DNA of 64,000 nucleotides from Octopus sinensis (taxonomy: Eukaryota). Position numbers and translations under genes: made by a program. Position 1 is the first letter of the stretch; each line of letters opens with the position of its first letter. The notes under the pieces were generated by a model that was not told the origin of the DNA, ran no database searches, and saw only the letters and a program-made list of their open reading frames with translations. Where the stretch lies: positions 7,192,001 to 7,256,000 of the forward strand of contig NC_043012.1 in assembly GCF_006345805.1 (NCBI RefSeq), read 5' to 3'. Positions 1 to 12,360 of the stretch are shown here, piece after piece.

Positions 1-167
1 TGGAGATGTCGTCGACTGTCCCCTTCCCTCAAAATTTCTAACCCTGTCCCCAAATGGAAAAGAATTATTATATGAGTTACCTTTCTTACTTTCAAAAAAA
101 ACAACAAAAAAAAAAAACAAAGAAGAAAAAAAAACGATTTGATATATTTTTCAAAACCTGCACAAAC

Positions 168-567
168 AGGCGTGGCAGTTTGGTAAGAAGCTTGCTTCCC
201 AACCACATGGTTCTGGGTTCAGTCCCAATGCGTGGCACCTTGAGCACGTGTCTTCTACTAAAATCTCGAGCCGACTAAAGCTATGTGAGTGGCTTTGGTA
301 GACAGAAACTGAAGGAAGCCCGTCGTATGTATATACATAGATGTGTGGGTGGGTGTACACCCTTCACTATCCCTTGACAACTGTTGTTGGTGGGTTTACG
401 TCCCCGTAACTTAGCAGTTCAACATAAGAGTCCGATAGAATAATTACGTGCCTTTTTCACAAAATAAATAAATACTAGCGGCAGGAGACTAATCATTTGA
501 CAAAAAATTCTTCAAGGCGGTGCCCCAACATGGCCGCAGTCTGATGACAGAAACAAGTAAATGAAAA
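168..567 (+). mobile_element. tRNA-derived SINE, family A
   Basis: tRNA-like head (TGGTAAG..GGTTCAGTCCC), CCTTGRGCA(A/C)GTG CORE-like start, internal microsatellite, tail GGCGGTGCCCCAACATGGCCGCAGTC..GAAACAAGTAAA; >15 related copies in the window. Confidence 0.9.
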
Positions 568-701
568 CTAGCGATAAAAGAAAGCGGTTAGGGTTCAACA
601 TCAACAAACGCTGTATAGAAATCCAATAACAACATATATACAGACCCCACAGAACCCCTCTTTTCTTTTTAGACAATGTGTGTATTTATAATAAGTCTTT
701 T

Positions 702-1152
702 TATGTGCCCTTTTCAAGCCTAGCCAGGCTCATGAGCCCGGATTCCCGGTTTCTATGTCGTATGAGTTCCCCCCCAGCTGGACGGGACGCCAGTCCATCG
801 CAGCATTACTCAAGAAACAGGAAGAAAGAGTGAGAGAAAGTTGTCAAGGGATAGTGAAGGGTGTACACCCACCCACACATCTATGTATATACATACGACG
901 GGCTTCCTTCAGTTTCTGTCTACCAAAGCCACTCACATAGCTTTAGTCGGCTCGAGATTTTAGTAGAAGACACGTGCTCAAGGTGCCACGCATTGAGACT
1001 GAACCCAGAACCATGTGGTTGGGAAGCAAGCTTCTTACAAAAGCTTTACGTGTTTTCGCTCAATGAACGCACACAACGTCCGGTCTGGGAATCGAAACTG
1101 CAACCCTCCGACCGCGAGTCCGCTGCCCTAACTACTGGGCCATTGCGCCTCC
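702..1152 (-). mobile_element. SINE family C (V-domain-like), middle replaced by an inverted duplicate of 183-382
   Basis: tRNA head at 1050-1152; TGCGATGGACTGGCGTCCCGTCCAG motif and GAAACCGGG tail at 702-838. Confidence 0.8.
839..1038 (-). repeat. 200-bp inverted duplicate of 183-382
   Basis: 199/200 identical by eye, including copy-specific SINE variants and the microsatellite. Confidence 0.9.
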
Positions 1153-1559
1153 GCATAAGTCTTACCAATTATAAATTAAATTGATAATGTACACATTCCA
1201 TATCTCCCATAAATCTAATTAACTGCGTAATTTCTCAGTCGCATCTGCACAACATTAGAGGTCTCCGATATTACTGTATCGAATATTAACATACTATTGT
1301 AATGCTTGTCATGGTAACTCTTGTTTAGCTCACTGTGTGCTAACTTATCGTGTTTCTCTATGCAAAATCTCAACAGTATTTTCGCATTGGAATTTTCCAA
1401 GTTAGATTGATGTTCATATAAGTAACATATATAAAATATTTAAATGGGAAAGCCTAACGTATTCCGAGCGGTTAATGTCTGATAGCTTTATGCAATGTGG
1501 AGTTTTGTCGTAGAAAATACACAGTACTGGTGACATTCGTCGCAGGCATAGGTGAATGG

Positions 1560-1718
1560 TTACGAAACTCGCTTTAAGAAACGACGTGGTTTCGAGTTCA
1601 GTTCCACTGAGTAACACTTTGGGCAACAGTCTCGTATTATAGCTCCGACCGACCAATGCCTTATAACTGAGTTTGGGAGACGGAAACTACATGGAAGTCT
1701 GCCGTATATGTGCGTGCG

Positions 1719-1759
<41 letters not shown>

Positions 1760-1948
1760 CTTTGTGCTTATTCCCCATCACCGATTAACAACCGGTATTG
1801 GTTTGTGTACATCCCCGTTACCTAGGAGTTCGACAAAAGACACTGATAAAATTAATAGCAGTCGATTTGCTCGGCTAAAACCCTTCAAGACAGTGCTCCA
1901 TGATGGCCGCAAACTAATGTCTGAAGCAAATACAAGATAAAAGAATAA
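1560..1948 (+). mobile_element. SINE family A, diverged
   Basis: head, body, (TG)n and tail align with other A copies. Confidence 0.8.
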
Positions 1949-2189
1949 AGATATATCGTCGGAGATTTGGATATCGTTCTGAATGAGTTCAGTTGTGATA
2001 GATTCTTTCTTAATGGCGAATACACTTGTCCTGTTTTTCTGCTTCGTAAGGTTGGATTCCATCATGCAAACCCAAGTAATATTTATATTTCAATGAAGGG
2101 CAATTTCAGCGAAACATTGTAAAAGCTGTTTCTAGTTATTTCTGTTATTGTTGTTCTTCGTTGTGGCTTCTTAGCTCCATTTCGATACT

Positions 2190-2420
2190 GATAATTTCAG
2201 TCACTGGATTGCGACCATGATGAAGCATGTTTGGTCTAACAAATCGGTTTCAGTACTTATTTTTAAGTCTGTGATTTATTTTATCTGCCCCTTGATGCCG
2301 AAACCACTAATTTACCGGGATCTAAGCAGACCAACACCGGTTGTTAAATGGTAGTGGTGAACAAACGCAAACATAAAAAAGACACACACATATACGCACA
2401 CTCGTATGTATATATATACA
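2190..2420 (-). mobile_element. SINE family A, 3' half, diverged
   Basis: reverse complement of A tail and body motifs. Confidence 0.6.
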
Positions 2421-2435
2421 CAACAGGAATTCGAT

Positions 2436-2960
2436 TACGTCGACTCCAGTGCTTACCTTATACTTATTTTATCGACCCAGAAAGGATGTAAAACAAAAAT
2501 TTATCTTGTCGGTATTTGAACGCAAAACATAAAGTAGGCAAAAATGGCGTTAAACGGTGTGTCTGATGCCGTAACGATCTTTCCAGATCACTGCTTCTGC
2601 ATCTTGTTAATATTGGTTCCAAATTAAGGCGGTGAGCTGGCAGAATCGTTAACACTCCGGGCAAAATGTTAGCAGTATTTCGTCTGTCATTACGTCCTGA
2701 GTTCAAATTCCGCCGAGGTCGACTTTGCCTTTCATTTTTTCGGAGTCTGGTTTCATTTTGCAGAAGGCCAGGCATTTTGGGAGAGGAGTGCAAGCTGACG
2801 ATATCGATCCCAGTGTCCAAATGGTACTTATTTTATCGGCTCCGAAAGGATGAAAGGCAGAGCCGACCACGGTGGAATTTGAACTCAGAAGCAAAAACGG
2901 AGAAAATACCGCTAAGCATTTTCTCTGGCGGGTTAACGATTTTCTCACTCGCCACTTTGA
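2436..2960. mobile_element. cluster of three family-B SINEs (-,+,-)
   Basis: AAGGCGGTGAGCTGGCAGAATCGTTA head; GAGGTCGACTTTGCCTTTCATCCTTTCGG core. Confidence 0.8.
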
Positions 2961-3550
2961 ATCTTGCCAATATTCCAGGCAAAATGTGCGGTTTGTTGGC
3001 AACATAGCAGCTAACAGGCTAAGGTAGGAGTTTATAGTTGTGCGGTATCGCCATGTTATTTGTCACCATCTTATTGTTTTTACGTTAAGCTTAGATTTTA
3101 GAAGTTCAATATCTAGTTCTTTCAGAGACTATCGCTGGTGCACAAGTCATCGATTTTCTAACTATGTACCATTATAATCAATATGTTACATAGCAGCTGC
3201 TCTTGATGTACTGGAAAGACAACGAGCAGCGTAGGTAACTGTCGTCTGAAACTATTCCTCTGACACGCAATAATCACCATCTTTTCTTGGTATGTTCTGT
3301 TGCTGGGTGTCTGAATTCACTTGTAATTTAATTAACATAGAATTAATGATGCTAAGAGTGACGTTTTCTAGTAGTACTGTCAATAAACTAGTTACTACGC
3401 TTCACTCCAATACTACAGAATCACATATTATAACTGGCTTTTGTAAATGTGTTAATTATATTTGTGCTACAGAGATGAGTTTTAAACCATCTTTTTTTAT
3501 GACTGTTAAAATATTAATTTCTCTTTGGCAATCGCCCAACAAATAGTTTT

Positions 3551-4046
3551 ATTATCGATCGCAAATACACAATGTATGCATTTTGTTTATTCGCCGAATT
3601 TACTGCGGGATAGCACTTAGGGAGACTTCCTAATAACGCTGGGTGTTAAAACACCTCTGAAGTCATAGGCCAGGCGAGACAACTCGCCTCGGATCGTCCC
3701 CAAGGGTAGTAGAAATCGGTATTTCACCATTATTGTGGGTTATCGACACCAAGCACTGGTATCGAACCGATGACGCATCGCCGTGGCATATCATCAAATA
3801 GTTTTCATACTACTTGTATACAGTCATAGACTGGGCATTCAATTCGGCTTCGGTTCGAGCCAAATGCGACAATAATGGCGAGAAATATCGATATCCACCA
3901 GACTTAGGTTTGATCCGAAGCGTGTTGTCTCACCTGATCTATGACTTTCGGATGTTTTAATACCCAGCGTTATTAGGGAGCCTCCCTAACTGATATCCCG
4001 CAGCGAATACACAAATCGCATAAACTGTGTATGTGCAATCGATAAT
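3551..4046. mobile_element. fold-back MITE-like element with ~180-bp imperfect inverted arms
   Basis: 3551-3736 is the reverse complement of 3869-4046 (~80%); no TSD found. Confidence 0.75.
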
Positions 4047-4409
4047 GTTTACATCACTAGAACTGCTTTGAAATCGTAATTTGAATAATTCTATGTTATC
4101 GATAAAGTAGAAATGTTACATAAGTCTTGTCTTCCTACTCTCTGTATAATACCTCGTCGTTGTTTTTTAATGAGCCCACCCAAGAGTAAACTAACAAAAT
4201 AAAGTAACAGTCAATCACTAGCGTCGATGAATCAACTACTTCACCAACCGTACCTTGCCTAAAATTGCTGGCCTCGTGACAAATTTTGAAACAATTACCA
4301 TTGTTTTGTTTTATTTTTACTGTTTTACTTGTTTCATTCATAAGAATGCAGCCATGCTGGAGCACCACCTTGAGGAATTTTAGTCGAACTAATCGTCGAT
4401 CGGAATTTC

Positions 4410-5133
4410 GTCCGTCTTTTTGTTCTACGTTCAAATTCCGCCGATTTTGTCTTTCATCCTTTCGGGGTCGATGAAATAAATACCAGTCGGGGGTCGATAT
4501 AATTAGCCAGCCCCCCCCTCACCACAAAATTTCAGGCCCTGCGCCAATGGTAGAAAAGATTATTATTTATTCTGCCAATATTGATTTTGCCTTGCAATTC
4601 TTTCGGAGTCGATATACTAAGTACCAGTTGAGTTCTGGGGTCGATGTAATCTTCTAGCCGCCTCCCCACAAATATTTTAGGCCTTTGACGACGAGGAAAA
4701 ATTGTTACTATTGTTACAAATGCGGCGAACAAGCCTACCAGACAAAATGTTTAACGACATTTCATCCGTCTTTACGTTCTGAGTTCAATTTCTGTCGAGG
4801 TCTACTCTGCCTTCAATCTTTTCTGGGACGAAATAAATAGCAGTTAAGTACTGGGGGGTCGATGTATTCGTCTATCTCCCTCCCCTAAATTTCAGGCCTT
4901 GAACCTTAAAGTAACAAGGATTAGATGTAATCGTTAACGCGTCGAACAAAATGCTTAACGATATTTCTTCTGACGCTTTACGTTCTGAGTTCAAATTCCA
5001 CCGAGGTCAACTTTGCCTTTCGTCCTTTCGGGGGTCGAAAAATTAAGTACCAGTTGAGTATTGGGATCAATGTGATCGACTATCCCCCTCCCCACAAAAT
5101 CCAGACCGTGTGCCTATAGTGGAAAGGATTATT
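4410..5133 (+). mobile_element. head-to-tail array of four B1 SINEs
   Basis: core and CCCCTCCCCAAAATTTCAGGCCTTG..AAAGGATTATT tail repeated four times. Confidence 0.8.
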
Positions 5134-5335
5134 ACCTCCGCCTTAGCGAAGGCGGAGGTATTGTTTTCAGTCGCATCTGTTTGTTTGTTTGACCATGGAC
5201 ATGATATCTCAAGAACCGCTGGATGGATTCAGATGAAATTTTCAGAGATGTTCGGCCTTGTGACTGGCACGAAATGATTAGATTTTAGGATCGATCCAGT
5301 ACTGGACAAGGATTTGGGATTATTTTTCCTGTTTT
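5131..5335 (+). mobile_element. Helentron-associated non-autonomous (HINE/DINE-1-like) fragment
   Basis: terminal hairpin TACCTCCGCC-TTAGCGAA-GGCGGAGGTA, then (GTTT)n and GGATGGATT..ATGAAATTTTCAG, resembling HINE ends as I recall them. Confidence 0.6.
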
Positions 5336-5341
5336 ATTTTT

Positions 5342-5462
5342 ACTTTGCCTTTCATCCTTTCGGGGTCGATAAATTAAGTATCAGTTGCGTACTGGGGTCG
5401 ATATAATTGACTGGCACCCTCCACCAACATTTCAGGCCTTGTGCTTATAGTAAAAAGGATCA
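5342..5462 (+). mobile_element. B1 SINE, 3' half
   Basis: core plus tail, ending in (CAT)n. Confidence 0.8.
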
Positions 5463-5475
5463 TCATCATCATCAT

Positions 5476-5930
5476 AGCCAGAAGCTGGCTACCCGCATGA
5501 TTCTTGGTCTCAAGTATTTGTCTTATGAAGAAAGGCTGAAGACGCTCGACCTTTATTCTCTAGAAAAACGACGACGCCGTGGTGATCTCATTCTCGCTCA
5601 CAACATCATAAGCGGAAAGTGTAACCTCTTGAAAGAGCTGTTCTTCACTCCTGCTCCAGAGCGTGGGCTGCGGGGTCACTCCGAAAAGCTCTATCTACGA
5701 CGATTTCATCTCAATCGAAGGAGAGGGGCTTTCTCCGTCTGGGTTGCGGATCCGTGGAATAAGCTGCCGGACGAGATAGTGAAGATGCCGACGATCGCTC
5801 GGTTCAAAGTCTCTCTTGACCAGAAATGGCCTGAACTCTTTGTATGACCATCCTCCCTGTACATAACTCCCTGTCCCCCTACATGGCCTTGCTTCTGCTT
5901 TTTGAGCCAATAAAAATTAAATTAAATTTT
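5476..5930 (+). mobile_element. CR1-clade LINE, 5'-truncated (ORF2 C-terminus and 3' UTR)
   Basis: YEERLKTLDLYSLEKRRRRGDLI..RGHSEKL..PWNKLP..FKVSLD motifs; ORF stop at 5847. Confidence 0.9.
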
Positions 5931-5961
5931 AAAAATTATTATTGTTGTTGTTGTTGTTGTT

Positions 5962-6540
5962 TTGATTCTCGCTGTTCTATTTCCGGTTGTTCTTTACTTG
6001 AAAGCAGGCAATAACAAATCCCCAAATGTTTCAAGTAGTGTCTTCTCCTGTGACTCAAAGAGACAATACTCTCCTTAGAATGCGAGCTGTTACCCAACAA
6101 TGCTGTCTTCTGGATCACTTCGAACCTGACAGCATCTCCAATATTCTGAATGTTTTTTCAAAGCTCTTGGAAACTGCTCCTAATGCTCCAATTACCACCG
6201 GTATCACCATTACTTTCCTCATGCTCCATATTTTTCCTATCTCGCCCTGCAGTCGCTGGTATTTCTCAGTCTTTTCTGTTTCCTTACTTTTCACCCACGA
6301 ATTTCTTGGTATTACAGCATCTATTATCTTTACTTCTTTTTCATCTTTGTGGATGAGCCCAATATCTGGCCGTCTCGCTTCTATGACTTGGACGCACTAT
6401 ATGTTAAAATCCCAGAGTATTTTGTAAAGGTTCATTTTCCATTATTCCCTCTGGCTTGTGTTCATACCATTGTTCAGCTCTCTCGTGGTTTGCTTTACCA
6501 TACAGTAGAGAGTGGACATATCTGGTCACATTGTTGTGTC
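5962..6540 (-). mobile_element. R4/Dong-type LINE 3' fragment (restriction-like endonuclease), frameshifted
   Basis: manual minus-strand translation RHNNV..WYEHKPE..ILWDFNI..EARRPDI..IID..P..KE.EK.EKYQ.L..VVIGALG..TARILRRVL; not in the ORF track. Confidence 0.85.
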
Positions 6541-6565
6541 ATTGCTGTTGTTATTGTTATTGTTG

Positions 6566-6633
<68 letters not shown>

Positions 6634-6638
6634 GTTAC

Positions 6639-6690
<52 letters not shown>

Positions 6691-6695
6691 GTTAC

Positions 6696-6732
<37 letters not shown>

Positions 6733-6787
6733 GTTATTATTATTATTATTATTATTATTGTTACCATTATTATTATTATTATTATTA

Positions 6788-6836
<49 letters not shown>

Positions 6837-6873
6837 GTTACCATTATTATTATTATTAATTATTATTATTATT
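6541..6873. repeat. (ATT)n microsatellite
   Basis: direct. Confidence 0.98.
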
Positions 6874-7229
6874 CAGTAGTCTTATTTTTATCCTATGCTT
6901 TCACTGTATTACCAAGCGCAGCTCTGTCTGCCTTGGATATGCACTGTGGTTTGTTGTGATGCTCTTATTTTTGCTGTATGGAAAGTGTTCTGCGTAGGAT
7001 GTGTGCGGTGCCTAGAAGTGCTATTTTCTCTATGTTATATATACTTGTTAGTCCTGGTGTTTTTGTTATGTATTGGTCTGAATATTTTTTTATCATACCT
7101 AATGCGCCTACTATGATATGAATTGTTTCTACCGCTATATCCAGATCGTTGTATTTTGAAAGTTTCTCCATTTCTTTTGGAGAAACGTTGTCATCTGTTG
7201 GTATTGATACATCAATTAGAAAGCATTTT

Positions 7230-7231
<2 letters not shown>
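6874..7231 (-). mobile_element. second R4/Dong-type LINE 3' fragment
   Basis: CFLIDVSIPTDDNVSPKEMEKLSKY..IVGALG..ALLGTAHILRRTLSI plus 3' UTR ending in (AAT)n. Confidence 0.88.
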
Positions 7232-7303
<72 letters not shown>

Positions 7304-7387
7304 GTCATCATTATCATCGTCATCATTATCATTATAATGATAATCATCATCATCATTATCATTATCATTATAATGATAATCATCATC

Positions 7388-7437
<50 letters not shown>

Positions 7438-7545
7438 CATCATCATCATCATCATCATTATCATTATTATTATCATCATCATCATTATCATTATTATTAA
7501 TATTATTAAACCAGTAGGATTCCTTGTACTCCCTAGTTTTATCAC

Positions 7546-7578
<33 letters not shown>

Positions 7579-7580
7579 TT
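7232..7580. repeat. (ATC)n/(ATT)n compound microsatellite
   Basis: direct. Confidence 0.95.
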
Positions 7581-7800
7581 TTTTTTCTTCTTTCAAATTT
7601 TCTTCCATTTCTTGCCGAGTGTCTTCCCGACTCCTAGGGCAAAGAAACTCATAGTGTATATTGGTAGGCCATTAAACCAAACTCAGTAGTTCGTTCATTT
7701 TTTTTTTTTTTTAAAGTTAAATTAAAATACATGAGCAGCAACAGTTCTCACATCGACAATGCTCTTCTCAATACGTGTGATGTACCAGTTATTATTATTA

Positions 7801-7854
<54 letters not shown>

Positions 7855-7856
<2 letters not shown>

Positions 7857-8078
7857 GGCGGCGAGCTGGCAGAATCGTTAGCACACCGGAGAAAATGCTT
7901 AGCAGCATTTCGTCCGTCCGTACGTTCTGAGCTCCAATTCCGCCGAGGTCGACTTTGCTTTTCATCTCTTTCGGGGTCTATGAAATAAAGTACCAACTGA
8001 CCACTAGGGAGGTCAATGTAATCGACTAAACGCGCCCACTCCGAAATTGCTGGCCTTGTGTCAAAATCCCAAACCAGT
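7855..8078 (+). mobile_element. B1 SINE adjacent to a (TTA)n tract (7788-7854)
   Basis: full head, core and tail. Confidence 0.9.
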
Positions 8079-8087
8079 TATTATTTA

Positions 8088-8126
<39 letters not shown>

Positions 8127-8510
8127 CAGCAGCAGCAGTAGCTACAACAATTATGATGCTATTTTTGGTTTGGTAATTATTCTAGTTATCATTACGCTGT
8201 CTTCATCATCATCACCATCATCACCACCGTCATCACAATCGCCATCATCATCATCATCATCATCATCACCGTCATCGCCATCGGCCTCACCTTCAGCATT
8301 GTTCGACTTCGTCATTGTCACACTGAATATTCGACAGTAAATATTACTCTTTTATGTATAAGATGACATTTAGTTTTTGACATTTATCCTTCATAATTCA
8401 TTTAGTTAAGGGGTTGACTTGTCACTAATGCCCTAGGATTGGTACCAGTGTAGATTTCGGTATATATTTACCGCATACACACACACGCACACACACACAC
8501 ACACACACAC

Positions 8511-8562
<52 letters not shown>

Positions 8563-9269
8563 ATATATATATATATATACGTACATATATACCCATACAT
8601 ACACACACGCATATATATATATTTATATATATATATATATATACACATATGTACATACATACACAGATATACTCGTGCGTGTATATATGTGAGTGCGTGT
8701 GTTTATACGCACACACACACACACACACACACGACGACTACGAGATAGAAAAGATTGACGGCCGGAAGCGGCCCCAAATTATGGTAATTTTCTGCATATT
8801 TTTGTCATGTTGATCAGATTTAGGGAACATTACATGTTTTGTTTTTTCTCGTTTCACTTTTTACTACGAAGGGGTTGGCGATAAGTTCGCATCCTTGCCA
8901 ATCTGTCCAGATTCCATCTCACTTGTCTAAGACGGTGATTCTAAGAAAGGAAGCGGGTGTGTGGGGATGAGGAGAGGGAGGAGCGATAAAAAAAAACACG
9001 GAAGTATGATAAGCGTTGTTATAGGAAGTCTGCCACACACCTTGCGTATATTAACGAAAGAATATTTAATTACGGTAAACTGCGGAATTCAAAGAGGCTT
9101 GTCGCTGATCTACGTCAATAATGAATAGATGATAGCTTAGTAGTAGTAGTAGTAGTAGTAATCGCTACTGTTATTGTTGCTGCTTTTGTTGCAGCAGTGG
9201 CTGTTGTTGCTGCTACTGCTGCTAGCTAGGGTGTTGTAAGAGTATCCCAGAATGACGCCTTAAGAAGCA

Positions 9270-9995
9270 TAGTATAATATAACATAGCATAGCATACTGT
9301 AACGTATCATAGCCTAATATAGCGTAGCTTGGCATAATAGAGCGTAGCGCGGCATAACATAGCTTAGCTTGACATAATATAACTTAGCTTGGCATAATAT
9401 AGCGTAGCATGGCAAACTATTTATAGCCTAATATAGCGTAGAGCGGCATAATTTAGCGTAGCTTAGGATAAAGTAGCGTAACTTAGCATAATATAACGTA
9501 GCAGAGTGTTCAAAAGTCTTTCCGCAGTAAGTATTTTACTGCAAAAGAAATATCTATAAGATGGTATAAACCACAAAAGAATATATAAGACTTTATAAGA
9601 GTTTTAAAAAACTTTATAAGAGCTGTTAAGGGTGTCGTCCTTCATTTTCAACACATAAGTTGACTCTTCTACACATGTTTTGAAATACATCTTCAATGAA
9701 AAAATATCACTGAGTAGAGACGTTTTGAACACCCTGTATATCGTAACATAGTTTAATATAGCACAGCTCAGCATAGTATAGCTTGGCTTGACTTAATATA
9801 TCGTAGCTTGGCATAATACAACATAGTAAAGAATAATTAACGGTAGCATAGTCTAACAGAGGATTGTATAGCATAACAGTCATCCTGTGATTTCGTAGCA
9901 GAGCATAGCATAATACAATGTAGTATTGCAGAGTAAAAAGTAGCACTGCATTAAAATTATGTAGCAGAGTAAAATATTACGTAGCTAAACATGTA
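9270..9995. repeat. degenerate pentanucleotide (ATAGC/ATAAC/GTAGC) satellite
   Basis: 5-nt periodicity with a recurring ~20-nt unit CTTGGCATAATATAGCGTAG. Confidence 0.75.
9502..9736. mobile_element. Tc1/mariner-type MITE
   Basis: TIRs CAGAGTGTTCAAAAGTCT and AGACGTTTTGAACACCCTG; TA at the right end. Confidence 0.75.
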
Positions 9996-10551
9996 GCATC
10001 GCAACCATTTCGATCTGCTACAAATAGTAACCAAATCTCTCTTGAGCCATACTATTGCTGTATTTAATAAACGAAGGGTCGCATCGATTCCATAGTGCCA
10101 GGTACACTGCTTTAATTAAAGATTGATGGTCATGGCTGAGATGAATTTAATCATAGACCTGCTCACTGACAGACCTTTTGGGCTAAATAGCCTTAACAAG
10201 AGGATGGAACAAAATATAAAATTTGTAAACTATAGCAGAAAAAAAACGGACCTCCGTCGGTACGACGATGAGTATTTAGTGGCTTTGATCAACTGAAGAA
10301 CTCAAATTATCGCCAAAGTTGCAGAACATTTCACAGAGCCCTATATTCGTAACGTAGGCTTAAAGCAGAATCAATCTGAGACAAGCATGCCAAATTTGGA
10401 CCTTTAAATTTCTGATGCAATCAATGTTAAAGGCTTCTGTGCAGTTTTCGTTTACCTTATTTGGAACGACCCGGGAGTATGAAAACAAAATTCTTGCACA
10501 ATATGGTACTGCGTGACATCTTTTACGATTATATTCGGTTATTAAGACAGT

Positions 10552-10860
10552 AGTGGAGGCACATGACCTAGTGGTTAGAGCAGCGGACTCGTGGTCGAGG
10601 GATCGCGGGTTCGAATCTCAGACCGGGCGATGTGTGTGTTTATGAGCGAAACACCTAAGCTACATGCAGTTCCGGCAGAAGGTAATGGCGAACTTCTGCT
10701 GACTTTTTTGCCCCAACTTTCTCTCACTCCTTCCTCCCACATCTTGCAGCTCACCTGCGACGGACCCGCGTCCTGTCCAGGTGGGGAACCTATACGCCAA
10801 GGAAACCGAGAAACCGTCCCTTATGAGCCAGGCGTGACTCAAGAAGGAACAAACAAACAA
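10552..10860 (+). mobile_element. SINE family C, full length
   Basis: A/B-box head GGAGGCACATGACCTAGTGG..GGTTCGAATCTC, V-like CCTGCGACGGAC..GTCCAGGTGGGG, (ACAA)n tail. Confidence 0.92.
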
Positions 10861-10904
10861 TAATTACAGTAAATATACCACAATTAAGTATCCTTCACCA
10901 TTAT

Positions 10905-11027
10905 GACTGCGTGGAGCCTAGGTGTTTCGCTCATAAACACACACACATCACCCGGTCTGAGATTCGAACCCGCGATCCCTCGACCACGAGTTCGCTGCTC
11001 TAACCACTAGGCCATGTGCCTCCACTA
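10905..11027 (-). mobile_element. SINE family C, 5' part, inverted relative to 10552-10860
   Basis: reverse complement of the head, ~95% identical. Confidence 0.9.
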
Positions 11028-11079
11028 ATGCAGTATAGTAGAATATAACGTATCGTTGCATGGTATTATTAATATAACA

Positions 11080-12055
11080 CAGAAGGTGGTGAGCAAGTGT
11101 TTAGCGGCATTTTTTCCGGCTTCACAATCTGACTACAAATCCCGCCTTTCATCCTTTCGGGGTCGATAAATTAAGGTACTAGTTGAGCATTGGGATCTAT
11201 GCAATCAGCTTAACCTATATAGCTTTATAGCTTTAGTGAAAAGAACTATTAATATAACATTAAGGGCGTTAAGGCGATTAGCTGGCAGAAGCGTTAAGCA
11301 CATTGAGCAAAATGCTTAGCGGTATTTCGTCTGCCGCTACGTTCTGAGTTCAAATTCTGCAGAGAACGACTTTACCTTTCATTCTTTCGGGGTCGATTAA
11401 ATCCACTTAACCCAGCCGCCGAAGGTTCAGGCCATGTCCCCTATAGTTGGAAGGAATATAACACTGAAGGCGGCGAACTAAAAGAAACGTTAGCGACTCG
11501 AATAAAATGCTTTGCAGCGTTTCGTCCTGTTTTTTCGCGTTCTGAGTTCAATTTCCTGCCGAGGAAGAATTTTCCTTTCATCCTTTCCAGGGTGATAAAC
11601 TACTTACCAGTTGAATCCCAGGGTCGAAATACTCGACTAACCCTGTCCCCTAAACTTGGGAACTTTGTGCCAAAATTAGAAACCATTCTTAATGTAACAT
11701 AGCAATGTGTATTATTAGCCGAGGAACAACGTTTAATTAATTAAAACTGCGCACATAGAGAAGTGGAGAGTCCTTAACTTCAATGAAATTTTTGTTTTCA
11801 TTAAAAACTCTGCATTACTTTTTACATTAAGAAGGCGGCGAGCTGGCAGGCTCCTTAGAACCCGCGGGATGAAATCCTTAGCAGTATTTCGTCCACTGCA
11901 ACTTTCTGGGTTCAAATTCCGCCGAGGTCGACTTTACTTTTCATCCTTTCGGGGTCGATAAATCAAGTACCTGTTGAGTACTGGGGTTGAGGTGATCGAC
12001 TGTTCCCTCTCCCCACAAAATCCAGGCTTTGTGCCTATAGTAGAAAGAATTATTA
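11080..12055 (+). mobile_element. cluster of four co-oriented B1 SINEs
   Basis: copies near 11080, 11270, 11465 and 11830. Confidence 0.8.
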
Positions 12056-12360
12056 TATTAAGTAGTAGCATGTGTAATCATGTGTGGGCGATCTTTGGTA
12101 TCTGGTGATAACCTCGGGGATGCTTTGGGTTTATAAGACCTTTTCGACGAATTATAGTTTAACCAGTATTCACGGACCCAAAGAGACTCACAGAATAAAA
12201 GATTCCTGGTGAAAAAGCGAAATGGTTAGTCGTGTTAAATTAATGGCAAAATAAAATATCATAGAGCAGCCTTTTGGATAGAAAGCATAGAGTTAAGTTT
12301 TAGTGGGGTTAACTTAGTGTATATATGTGTGTGTGTATATATATATATATTATTTATATA

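Noticed and set aside
541-556. CTGATGAC..GAAAC hammerhead-like string
   Set aside because: No room for stem II; it is a variant of the A-SINE tail
8730-8790. [17 protein letters not shown] followed by GTAATT, a possible exon
   Set aside because: Preceded directly by (CA)n with no acceptor or start codon
10552-10630. tRNA-like sequences with A and B boxes
   Set aside because: They are SINE heads running into SINE bodies, without a complete cloverleaf
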